NCBI GenBank assembly: GCA_050951805.1 | Contig: JBMNJT010000008.1 | Coordinates: 352,001 to 416,000, forward strand | Reading direction: 5' to 3' | Origin: Bacillota bacterium | GTDB lineage: Bacteria; Bacillota; DTU025 | Length of the DNA: 64,000 nt | Part shown: positions 10,418 to 19,515 of the stretch, in pieces | How positions within the stretch are numbered: the first letter of the stretch is position 1 | Layout: each line of letters begins with the position of its first letter | Program-made: the position numbers and the translations under genes | Notes under the pieces: model-generated | Databases searched by the model: none | What the model was told of the DNA's origin: nothing | The model's input: the letters and a program-made list of their open reading frames with translations, nothing else

Positions 10418-11623
10418 CTATTTCTTGCTAGCCTTGATGGCAGAGATGATCTGTGCCGTTGCGTCATCAAGAGCTTTCTTCGGTTCGAGCTTCTGGTTGA
10501 ACGTGAGTTCTATGGCGTTGGCCCATGCCGTCCACACTGCGGACATTTCCGGTATTGCCGGCATAGGTATGCCAGCGGCTGCGCTATCGCCCGTAGCCCT
10601 TATGTCTGCGTCAGACGACACGGCTCTTGCCGTCGCAAGATACGCCGGCGGACGGGGATCCTGCTTGAACAGGGCCATCATAGTGTCGGCAGTAGCCACG
10701 TATTCGTTGAGGAAGGCTTTGGCCAGCATCTTGTTCTTGCTGAACGAGCTGATCATGAAGCCTTGAACTCCGACAAACGGGCGGGGATCCTTTCCGTCTA
10801 TCTTTGGTATGGTGGTGAACCCGTAAGGGACCTTTGCTGCGCGAAGGTCGGCCAGGGCCCATGGCCCTGTGAGCATCATGCCTACTTTGCCATCTTTGAA
10901 GAGGCCCATCATTGTGTTGTAATCCATACTTTGCGGCATCAGTCCGTCCTCAACAAGCTTGTCGAGGAGGCTGAGGCCTCTGACTGCGCCCGCATTATTG
11001 AGCCCCACGTCGAGCGGGTTGAGGGTGCCATCCTTGTTCACCCCAAATACGTATCCGCCGGCGGCACTCATGATCGGGAATGTGTGGTATGGGTCGGGTA
11101 TGGGAAGAAGGAATCCGTATTGCTTCTTATCTTTGTCGGTAAGCTTTTTGCAGATTGCCACCAAGTCGTCCCAGGTCTTTGGCGGATTGGGAACGAGCTT
11201 TGTGTTGTAGAAGAGCCCCACTGCCTCCACAGCGTAAGGAACTCCGTACAATGTACTGCCCCATGTGAAGGCTTCAACCGAGACTTTGAGGAAATCTTTC
11301 TCTTTGGCCTGCAGGTCGATGGGCTCGATAAGGCCGTTGGTTACGAGCTCTCCCAGCCAGTCATGGGCACCTATGATGATATCGGGGCCTTTGCCTGCCG
11401 GTCCGGCCACGCCAAGCTGGTCGCGGATGTCACCAAAGCCCAGTTCTTGAACTTCCACAGGCACTTTGTACTTGGCTGTAAACTTTTTACCTAGGTCCTC
11501 CATGACAGGGGCTCGCGTTCCATCTGCCCATATGAGAAGTTTGCCTTCTTGAGATGCCGACGCGCACGTAGCCAATCCTAGCAGCATTGAGATGCACATG
11601 GCAATTGCAAGAGATCTTTTCAT
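10418..11623 (-). CDS. malE: Maltose/maltodextrin-binding protein MalE
   Basis: Signal peptide MKRSLAIAM; motifs GPDIIIGAHDWLG, PFVGVQG and MPAIPEM. Start may be 11623 or 11644. Confidence 0.9.
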   Translation of the reverse strand: MKRSLAIAMCISMLLGLATCASASQEGKLLIWADGTRAPVMEDLGKKFTAKYKVPVEVQELGFGDIRDQLGVAGPAGKGPDIIIGAHDWLGELVTNGLIEPIDLQAKEKDFLKVSVEAFTWGSTLYGVPYAVEAVGLFYNTKLVPNPPKTWDDLVAICKKLTDKDKKQYGFLLPIPDPYHTFPIMSAAGGYVFGVNKDGTLNPLDVGLNNAGAVRGLSLLDKLVEDGLMPQSMDYNTMMGLFKDGKVGMMLTGPWALADLRAAKVPYGFTTIPKIDGKDPRPFVGVQGFMISSFSKNKMLAKAFLNEYVATADTMMALFKQDPRPPAYLATARAVSSDADIRATGDSAAAGIPMPAIPEMSAVWTAWANAIELTFNQKLEPKKALDDATAQIISAIKASKK

Positions 11624-11790
11624 CTTCGCGGCTGCGCACTCCAAGCACTCGTTGCGCCTGAAGAGGCGCCTTTCCCCCCTCCATTTTTAATGACAAGCAT
11701 GCTCCCCATGATGCTGACTGGGTCGTATGTTTATGCCATGGAAGCTGCCTATCTATACCTGTAGTGCAGTGTTTGGGGAACACTTGATAA

Positions 11791-11817
11791 ATTCTCCGGA
11801 AGAATCACAAATCCTGC
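11791..11817 (-). promoter_or_regulatory. SigH-type promoter of the mal operon
   Basis: Minus strand GCAGGATTT-N11-GGAGAAT matches RNAGGAWWW-N11/12-RNNGAAT. Confidence 0.55.
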
Positions 11818-12002
11818 ATTGATAAAACAGGATGGGCTTTGGGCTATTGCACTGGGAGGTTAGCGTATTGCCCATAGGCCGATGGGTGCTGCCCGGTATT
11901 TACGAACCTATCGGACCCTGGCACATGTGCTTTGGGTCCATGGTCAAACCCATGTCCGTGCGCATATGGTGCACTAGACTCTAACCAGGAGAGTGATGGG
12001 CA

Positions 12003-12917
12003 ATGACAGATGAAGAAAGGGAAGAGGTCGAAACGCGCCAGACGCCGGCTTGTCCGGGCGGATTTCTATATGAGATCAGGGCTGGCGACACATTCTACGC
12101 TCTGGCCCGACGATACGGGACAACTGTAGAGGCTATAACGGCAGCTAATCCCGGCGTAGACCCGCGAAGGCTGCAGATCGGGCAGCTTATCTGTATACCC
12201 GTAGCTGTCCCGACGCCCCCCGTGCCTCCGGTTCTCTGTCCTGGTGGGACGCCTTATGTCATACGGCAAGGCGATACTCTATACAGGATAGCTCAGAGGT
12301 ATGGGACCACCGTTGATGCGTTGCTCCGCGCAAATCCAGGAATCGATCCCATGAACCTCCAGATTGGGCAGGTTATATGTATTCCCGTGCCGATTCCCGT
12401 TCCTCCTCCGACGGTTTGTCCGGGAGGAGTCTTCTACACTATCAGAGCAGGAGACACGCTATACACGATCGCAGCTGCGTACGGAACGACAGTCCAGGCA
12501 ATACTGGCGGCCAACCCCGGCCTCGATCCGATGAGGCTCCAGGTAGGCCAGGTAATATGCGTGCCTCTGCCTGCTGTGGCGCCCAGAACGTGTACGCTCG
12601 CCCTCGCTCCGTCTGTGACAGGCCCTGTAACAACGGCAGGAGGCGCCCTGTGGATGAGAACTGATGCATCAGGTAGGACTGAGCTTCTGGTTATCATCAC
12701 TAATGTGCCGTCACCTACAAGCCTTGGAGCGGCTACTTACACGGCCCTGTTTACTTGGGGTGGGTATTCATTCCAGGTGCCTATGACAGAGGCGCTGGGC
12801 ACCGGGATCTGGGCTGGCACTGCAGTTCAGCAGTTGCCTGCGGCCTTTTTCTCAACCGGCAGCGTAAACGTGTGGCCAGGTCCAGTCCTTGGCGGACTCG
12901 TGGCAAACTGCAAGTAA
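12003..12917 (+). CDS. 3xLysM protein, SafA/ExsA-like spore morphogenetic protein candidate
   Basis: Three repeats CPGG..Y.IRxGDT.Y.IA.RYGTTV.A...ANPG.DP..LQIGQ.IC.P separated by Pro-rich linkers; CATATGGT mother-cell-type -10 upstream. Confidence 0.8.
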   Translation: MTDEEREEVETRQTPACPGGFLYEIRAGDTFYALARRYGTTVEAITAANPGVDPRRLQIGQLICIPVAVPTPPVPPVLCPGGTPYVIRQGDTLYRIAQRYGTTVDALLRANPGIDPMNLQIGQVICIPVPIPVPPPTVCPGGVFYTIRAGDTLYTIAAAYGTTVQAILAANPGLDPMRLQVGQVICVPLPAVAPRTCTLALAPSVTGPVTTAGGALWMRTDASGRTELLVIITNVPSPTSLGAATYTALFTWGGYSFQVPMTEALGTGIWAGTAVQQLPAAFFSTGSVNVWPGPVLGGLVANCK

Positions 12918-13340
12918 GAGTCGGGCGCGTGGGTAACGATGCCGACAGAGGGTCGGAAAGCTTGCCATTTAAGGCAGGCTTTCCGGCATTTACGCGGCAT
13001 GTTTGTTGGGCCTATGGAATGAAAAAAGTCCAAGCAGCTTTGAAAAAGTAGTTGAGCGCGTTCAAACGGCTATCGCATGGGCACCGCCTGGGGAAAGTTG
13101 CCCCTGTAGGAATGTGTATATAGGGCAAAGCCTAGTTCGAGATTGCTTTGAGCACCATAGAAGGTACGTACGGTTCGGTGAGGAGATGGCGCCGGGCTGA
13201 TCGCATGGCGCCACCATATTAAATGTCGTGGCGACAATGCTCCGCGAGATTACTCACACAATCAGGCAGGTGCACAGCAGCGATGTCGCCCATAATGAAC
13301 AGGTTGTTGTGTGGTTGATCTACGACTTCGGCAGCACAGC

Positions 13341-13946
13341 TCATGCCAGGTGGGAAATGCAATTTACGGATTCCACAACATAACCTGCCTCGGTGTAATC
13401 CACCACGTTTATGCAACATGGATCCTGAGACAGCTTCCAAAAACTCGATACAGGGGCATGCAACATATTGAGCAAAATGAGCTTAGTCAGCACGCGGTGG
13501 GAGACGATTGCCAACTCATCGTCATGCTCGTGTGATGAGACGATTTTGCCCATTGCAGCCATGGCACGGTCAGATACGTCTGACAGAGACTCGCCACCGG
13601 GGAAGGTAAATGAATCGGGGCCTGTTTGCCAGTCCAGATAGAGTCTTCCGTAGTCCGACCTTATCCGGTCGGTGGAAAGCCCTTCCCATTCCCCGACATC
13701 TATGTCTGTGAGCGCGTCGCGAACGATGATGTTTATGCCATGTGAGACAGCTATCGCCCTTGCAGTGTCGACGGAACGCGACAGAGGGCTCGTATAGACC
13801 GCAACGAGTTTGACATCGCGAAGCGCCGTAGCGACCGCCGCAGCTTGTTTTCTGCCCATGTCATCGAGGGGCGCATCCATGCGTCCACGGAAGGTCTCTT
13901 CGCGCCCGCGGACGGTTTGCCCGTGACGAACAAGATATATTCTCAT
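13341..13946 (-). CDS. Histidine phosphatase family protein (PGM/CobC-like)
   Basis: LVRHGQT, SPLSR, PGGES, VSH. Confidence 0.88.
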   Translation of the reverse strand: MRIYLVRHGQTVRGREETFRGRMDAPLDDMGRKQAAAVATALRDVKLVAVYTSPLSRSVDTARAIAVSHGINIIVRDALTDIDVGEWEGLSTDRIRSDYGRLYLDWQTGPDSFTFPGGESLSDVSDRAMAAMGKIVSSHEHDDELAIVSHRVLTKLILLNMLHAPVSSFWKLSQDPCCINVVDYTEAGYVVESVNCISHLA

Positions 13947-15328
13947 CCGATTAACACCTTCTCTTCTGGGAGATGGACATTGGCCAAGGGCTTTTGCCGT
14001 TGAGCCAAAGCTAACATCACAGTGAGGGGGCCGAGACGCCCAGAAAACATGGTTATCATTATAAGCACTCTGCCGAAGTCAGTAAGGTTAGGCGTTATGC
14101 CCGTTGTCAGACCGACTGTGCCGAAGGCCGACGCGGCTTCAAACAACACCTGAAGGAACGAAGCCTCTTCTGTTGCGGAGAGTACCAAAGTGACGCCTGT
14201 TACCAAGGCCAGTGCGAGACTGGCGATGGTGATGGCCCTGAACACCAGGCTTTGGGATATCTGCCTGTCGTTGATCTCCACATCGTCTGAACCACGAATA
14301 GTGGAGAGTATGGCTGCGATGATCACTCCCATTGTTGTGGTTTTTATGCCTCCGCCGGTGGAACTGGGAGAGGCTCCTATAAACATGAGAATTACGAAAA
14401 TGAACAAGGTCGAGCTTCTCATCTTGCTGATGTCAAGGGTGTTAAAGCCAGCGGTCCGCGGGGTTATGCCTTGAAAGACTGCGCCAAGGACTTTGCCTGC
14501 CGGAGACATTTTTCCGAGTGTGTCGGGGTTGCTGAACTCCAACCCGAATGTGGCGGCCGTGCCGATGGCGAGCAGCCAGAGTGTGACTGTCAGGACCAGT
14601 CTGGCATGGAGCGACAGCCTGTTGCCCCGTCGGTGACCAACAAGTTCGACTATGACTGGAAAGCCCAGGCCTCCAATGATTATCAACGATCCTATGACGA
14701 GAACGACTGTGGGATCTGATGCCCAGTATGTGAGGCTGGAGAAAGGCCCGGTTATAGAGCCAAAAAGATCAAACCCTGCATTGCAGAACGCCGATATTGA
14801 ATGGAATATTCCGTAGTATATTGCCTTTGATGTGGGCATGATCGACGAAAACCTAAGGCTCAGAATGATCGCCCCGACACCCTCCACGATGAATGTGGTC
14901 AAGAGGAGGTATCTGGTGAGGCGCACCAGCCCTGCAATGCTAAACTGGTTGAGGGATTCTTGCAGAAGAATCCTCCCCCGCAGCGTAATCTTTCGGCCCA
15001 AAAACAAGGCGATTGCTGTGGCCAGCGCCATGAATCCCAATCCGCCTATTTGTATCAGGATGATGATTACTATCTGCCCAAAAAGCGAAAAAGATGTGGC
15101 TGTATCGAGCACCACGAGGCCTGTAACGCAAGTGGCGGATGTAGCGGTGAAAATGGCGTCAATAAACCGGATGCTTTTTCCGTTGGCTGATGCTGCAGGA
15201 AGCGAAAGCAGAATTGCCCCGATGATTATCACGGCAGCGAAACCCGTGACCAGAACCTGTGATGGATTGAGTTTAGCACGATGAAACCTGTGGAAGAATC
15301 CGTTGAGCGCATCCATGTTTTCAGTCAT
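13943..15328 (-). CDS. ktrB: Ktr/Trk potassium uptake membrane subunit
   Basis: Motifs SATCVTGL, SAFCNAGF, PRTAGF, STGGGIK and SAFGTVGL; ATG at 15328 follows an RBS. Confidence 0.88.
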   Translation of the reverse strand: MTENMDALNGFFHRFHRAKLNPSQVLVTGFAAVIIIGAILLSLPAASANGKSIRFIDAIFTATSATCVTGLVVLDTATSFSLFGQIVIIILIQIGGLGFMALATAIALFLGRKITLRGRILLQESLNQFSIAGLVRLTRYLLLTTFIVEGVGAIILSLRFSSIMPTSKAIYYGIFHSISAFCNAGFDLFGSITGPFSSLTYWASDPTVVLVIGSLIIIGGLGFPVIVELVGHRRGNRLSLHARLVLTVTLWLLAIGTAATFGLEFSNPDTLGKMSPAGKVLGAVFQGITPRTAGFNTLDISKMRSSTLFIFVILMFIGASPSSTGGGIKTTTMGVIIAAILSTIRGSDDVEINDRQISQSLVFRAITIASLALALVTGVTLVLSATEEASFLQVLFEAASAFGTVGLTTGITPNLTDFGRVLIMITMFSGRLGPLTVMLALAQRQKPLANVHLPEEKVLIG

Positions 15329-15357
15329 ACCCGCTTTCACTCTCCTGAATGCAAACA

Positions 15358-15401
15358 ATCCTATCATCGGGGTGTTCGCGTGTCAATTGTATCAAATTGA
15401 C
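15358..15401 (-). promoter_or_regulatory. SigA promoter of ktrB overlapped by an inverted-repeat operator
   Basis: Minus strand TTGACA-N17-TAGGAT; GTCAATT-N6-AATTGAC at 15382-15401. Confidence 0.6.
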
Positions 15402-15588
15402 GGCCGTTCTACCCTCGCGAACTGCGTAACCAGGTGCAAGCTGGACGCAGAATCGGACCCAATCCAGCTCATGGCTTGGTGCACTTAGTGGGTGTGGCAC
15501 GTAGAGAGTGATTTTATGGTGTTGAAACAAGATTGAGAAGAGTATAAAATATGTCATACTACTTATCGACACTGAGAGGTGATGATGG

Positions 15589-16893
15589 GTGGACGACCCA
15601 AGTAGCAGTACCTACTTGTTTGCCTTTATCTGCTTGGTGTTGTCTGGAGCTTTTTCCGCGAGCGAGGCTGCGATTCTCTCATCCGATGAGGCAAGGCTCA
15701 AGAGTCGATATTCATCCGACCCCCGACTCCGTTCGATTCTTGCTGTGAATAAGAGCCCTGCTCCTGTCATGTCGTCTATTCTTCTTGGCAATACTCTGGT
15801 AAACGCAATGTTCTCTGCACTTGCGGCATTCATAATTCACTCTATTGTACCGGGCGATGCTGGGCTCGCTGACGCAATTGCGACGGCAGCGGCTACGGTG
15901 ATGCTTCTCGTATTCGCAGAGGTAAGCCCTAAATTGGTAAGTGGAGGCAACCCAGAAGCCGTTGCGCTTTGGGCTTCATCCTGGCTGTTAGGTTTGGCTC
16001 GTGCGCTGGCGCCGGTATCTAGCGTGCTGACAGCATTGTCGGGGCATTTGGTGGCATGCCTTCCCCAACCGGACACTGCGGAGGAGGATTTCGGCGAACT
16101 GCGATTTCTGGCTGCAGTTGAATACGGTGAAGAGGCTGGCGCCATATCCGGTCTGGAAAAGGAGATGATATGGGGGGCCATGGAAACCCATGACCTCTTG
16201 GCCAAAGACATAATGACTCCGAGGCCGCGTATTGTGGCAGCGAGTGAGGATCAGAGCACCGCAGAGGCACTTGACTTAATGCTGAAATACGGTTTTTCCC
16301 GCATTCCGGTGTACGCGGATTCCATCGATAATGTGACTGGAATACTCAACATGAAGGATATTGCTCTGCTCATAAGCTGCTCTCCCAATGACTGGCGTGA
16401 GAGATTGGACCTCATGCCATGCGTGCAGCTGGCAGTGAGACCCTACTTTACCCATGAAAGAAAGAGAGTCTCCGATTTGCTGATCGAAATGCGTCTGAAG
16501 GGCATACATACGGCAATTGTTGTGGACGGCCATGATGGCGTATCTGGCCTGGTCACGCTCGAAGACGCTCTCGAGGTTATAGTTGGGGACATTCAAGATG
16601 AATATGACGAGGAGACTCCGGAACTGGTGATGTCGGAAGCAGGGTGTTGCCATGTCGTTGGAAGTGTTAGGCTGGCTGATCTTGCAGAGGCCTTTGATGT
16701 GGAGTTGCCTACGGAGGAATTTGATTCCGTAGCCGACTTCATTATGGCATGCCTCGACAGGGTGCCTTCCGAGGGGGACGCCTACTCTCTTGTAGGGCCA
16801 AGATTGACTTTGGAGGTTGTGGAGATGGACGGCCCGCGTATAAAAAGGGCCATAGTGCGTCTATCGGAGATGGAGACGGGACGCCATGGGTGA
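15589..16893 (+). CDS. CNNM (DUF21)-CBS-CorC hemolysin-family metal transporter
   Basis: FSASEAA, ILLGNTLVN, EVSPK, DIMTPR, FSRIPVY, TLEDALEVIVGDI, C-terminal CorC domain. Confidence 0.88.
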   Translation: MDDPSSSTYLFAFICLVLSGAFSASEAAILSSDEARLKSRYSSDPRLRSILAVNKSPAPVMSSILLGNTLVNAMFSALAAFIIHSIVPGDAGLADAIATAAATVMLLVFAEVSPKLVSGGNPEAVALWASSWLLGLARALAPVSSVLTALSGHLVACLPQPDTAEEDFGELRFLAAVEYGEEAGAISGLEKEMIWGAMETHDLLAKDIMTPRPRIVAASEDQSTAEALDLMLKYGFSRIPVYADSIDNVTGILNMKDIALLISCSPNDWRERLDLMPCVQLAVRPYFTHERKRVSDLLIEMRLKGIHTAIVVDGHDGVSGLVTLEDALEVIVGDIQDEYDEETPELVMSEAGCCHVVGSVRLADLAEAFDVELPTEEFDSVADFIMACLDRVPSEGDAYSLVGPRLTLEVVEMDGPRIKRAIVRLSEMETGRHG

Positions 16894-17974
16894 GTTGGAC
16901 TTATTGGTTTCTTTGATGATCCGGACTATTCTGTTTGTTGGTTCAGTGTTTGGTGTGGGCTTCTTTGCGGCGTCTGAGAGCGCGTTTTTGAGCATGAATA
17001 GGTGGGCAATTGACAAGCTTGCGCAGGAAGGCGACGAGAACGCGTTGATTATGCGCAGGCTTACAGAGGACTCCGCCAAGACAGTATCAGCTGTGCTGGT
17101 CGGAACGAATGTCCTGTCAACACTCTCATCTGTCCTGGCGGTTTCCATTCTGTTGCTTGTAGGGAAATCAGGGACGAGGGCGATAGCTATTGCATCGATA
17201 GTGACAACTGCGATTATACTGATTTTCTCTGAGCTGACTCCGAAGACATATGCGGCAGCAAATCCCACAGCCACTGCCCTGAAGGTTGCTGTTCCGCTAT
17301 CCTGGGCAATTACTCTGCTCGGCCCTGCGGCATCATTCCTTGCTTGGGTTCCCGCGCAGATCGCTGCCTTGTTTAGGCGAAAATCGAATGCTGGCAATGA
17401 GTCTCCTGATGAGATCATTCGAGCGGCTCTTGATGCTGCTGAGGACGACGGGTCAGTTGTTCCGACTGAGACCGAGGTGATCCATGGAGTTTTGGATTCC
17501 AAAAGGAAGTTCGTTCGCGACATCATGATTCCAATCGAGCGGACTGTCGCTTTGGATTACGATTCCACTTTGGAGGATTTCATGGAGGCCTACCTGAAAG
17601 AACGCTACAGCCGGATGCCGATAATCGCTTCATTCTGCGGCAAAGTGCTTGGCATTGCACATGTGAAGGATGTTATGAAGGAGATTGTAGCGGGCGGCGA
17701 TCCGGCTGCAAAGAAGGCTCTGTCGGTGGCAAACACCGCCTGTTTGGTATCTGCCGATGCTCCGGCACTCGACGCTTTCAACGAGATACGGAGCCGCAAG
17801 GCTCATCTGGCCGTAGTGGTCCAGCGCGGAATCGCTGTGGGCATTGTGACCATAGAGGATTTCCTCGAAGAGATAGTGGGCGATATTCCGGAAGATGCAT
17901 CCGGCCATGTCGTGAAGTCGACCTATGGCACAATGGCCCTGGCTGTGACAGTAGAAGGCGCTGAGAACGCCTAA
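16886..17974 (+). CDS. Second CNNM-CBS protein (no CorC domain)
   Basis: FFAASESAF, LVGTN, ELTPK, YSRMP, TIEDFLEEIVGDI. Confidence 0.86.
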   Translation: MGELDLLVSLMIRTILFVGSVFGVGFFAASESAFLSMNRWAIDKLAQEGDENALIMRRLTEDSAKTVSAVLVGTNVLSTLSSVLAVSILLLVGKSGTRAIAIASIVTTAIILIFSELTPKTYAAANPTATALKVAVPLSWAITLLGPAASFLAWVPAQIAALFRRKSNAGNESPDEIIRAALDAAEDDGSVVPTETEVIHGVLDSKRKFVRDIMIPIERTVALDYDSTLEDFMEAYLKERYSRMPIIASFCGKVLGIAHVKDVMKEIVAGGDPAAKKALSVANTACLVSADAPALDAFNEIRSRKAHLAVVVQRGIAVGIVTIEDFLEEIVGDIPEDASGHVVKSTYGTMALAVTVEGAENA

Positions 17975-18004
17975 AGCTAGCCAGAACTATCGCACAAATC
18001 AGTT

Positions 18005-18856
18005 TTGGAAGCGTCCATGCAAAGATGTAAGCGTGCTGTGAATACGGTGATCAAGACCTGGTGTCCCTTATCCCGAGATGACCGGACTTTCATTGCCAGA
18101 CTGATTGTTGCTGAAGCCTTGTGTGGGCTATGCAAGGAACTAGGATGTGACACGGGGATATGCGTGTTTTCGAAGAAAGAAGCCGAGCATTCGATAGCAA
18201 ACGTTCCATCTGAACTGTCAGACATTGGGCCTATGTATGCGGCCTTCGTGCTGTTCTCCGAAGCCTTCTATTTCGGTGAGAACGGTCTTGCCGTACTTTT
18301 CCCAGCGCTCAGACGTCCCGAATGGCTGCGTTCTCGGTATATATTCTTTCGATCGCGGATCCCTGAGAGAGCGCTTCTCGAAACTGATCGAATAGCTATG
18401 GAATACACATTGTATGCAAGCGGAGACAGGCTAAACGTTGAGGCGCCAGGGGGACTGATATAGATGCGACTTTGCCTGGCGCCAACTGTTTTGGAAGAGA
18501 CTTCAGCCAACGGCGTTATAGTAGCTGATGTGACAATTGGGGAGCTCGTGTACGACGGCAAACTGTTGGATGCCTTGGAAGAGCTAGATGCGCCTGTTCG
18601 ATTTATAGTGGAAGAGGGCATGTTTGCCGAACGCCTCAGGAACCTGCTATGGACATTACCCCGATCCAGTCGACACGTGGTTGAGCTGGGAATAGGACTG
18701 TCAAATATCACTCCAACGGGTTACATCGGAGCTGACGAGTGCATTGCAGGCACATGCCATTTTGGAATCGGCGACAATAGGTTTTATGGAGGAAGGAATG
18801 CCTCGCCCATACACCTAGATGTAGTTGTGGATCGGCCCCGTATCAAGCGCTATTGA
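18005..18856 (+). pseudogene. Disrupted M29-family (AmpS/AmpT-like) aminopeptidase
   Basis: Two ORFs (18005-18463, 18464-18856). The conserved GTD motif is out of frame at the G5 run 18449-18453. The C-terminus has SANGVIV, ELGIG, DE..GTCHFGIGDN..GG.N.S.IHLD; the NLPxGE segment is missing. Confidence 0.65.
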
Positions 18857-19051
18857 CTGTGTTGTGTTTGAGACTTGGCAAGCCGCTTACAGTCTGGAGC
18901 AAAGCTGAAGGCTTTTTGGGAGTCACTTGTTGCCTCATAAGAAGTGACATTGAACACGGAAGTTCGCTCTAGCGAAGCAATTGTGGTCATAGGACTGTGC
19001 TTGGCACAGAATTGCGTTTGGCAAAACGCGTAACAAAGTCGTGCGGGACCC

Positions 19052-19080
19052 TTGACCATGGGGTACGCCTATGATAAAAT
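19052..19080 (+). promoter_or_regulatory. SigA promoter of tRNA-His
   Basis: TTGACC-N17-TAAAAT with extended TG. Confidence 0.65.
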
Positions 19081-19093
19081 TCTTAAGCAACGT

Positions 19094-19171
19094 GGTGGAT
19101 GTAGCTCAGTTGGCTAGAGCATCAGATTGTGGCTCTGAGGGTCGTGGGTTCAAGTCCCATCATCCACCCCA
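19094..19171 (+). tRNA. tRNA-His(GTG) including G-1
   Basis: Anticodon arm TCAGA-TTGTGGC-TCTGA; G-1:C73 pair; CCA encoded. Confidence 0.97.
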
Positions 19172-19262
19172 TCAATTCGATTGTGAGGCCCTGGGATATC
19201 CAGGGTCTATTGCTTTACATGCGCTTTGGGTTATGCTATACTTTGTCGCGGGCATGAAGCGG

Positions 19263-19339
19263 GCGCCCGTAGCTCAGTTGGACAGAGCGATGGACTTCGA
19301 ATCCATAGGCCGCAGGTTCGAGCCCTGCCGGGCGCGCCA
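19263..19339 (+). tRNA. tRNA-Arg(TCG)
   Basis: Anticodon arm ATGGA-CTTCGAA-TCCAT; CCA encoded; own promoter TTTACA-N17-TATACT at 19214-19242. Confidence 0.96.
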
Positions 19340-19515
19340 TTTTTGTTTGCCAGAGTGTAACCGGTGCATATCGGGGATTGGCATTGATGCCCCGGTGGTG
19401 GCTTGAACAGCCGCTCGCCGGGGCATACTATTGTGAATTAAAGTTTTCAAAGGAATCAACTTACGCATCGTCGAATAGGTTACCCGAAGGATGCTCGGGA
19501 CAGCGAGGTGTACTC

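Noticed and set aside
15330-15560. c-di-AMP (ydaO) riboswitch upstream of ktrB
   Set aside because: The promoter is about 30 nt from the start codon and no riboswitch motifs are visible.
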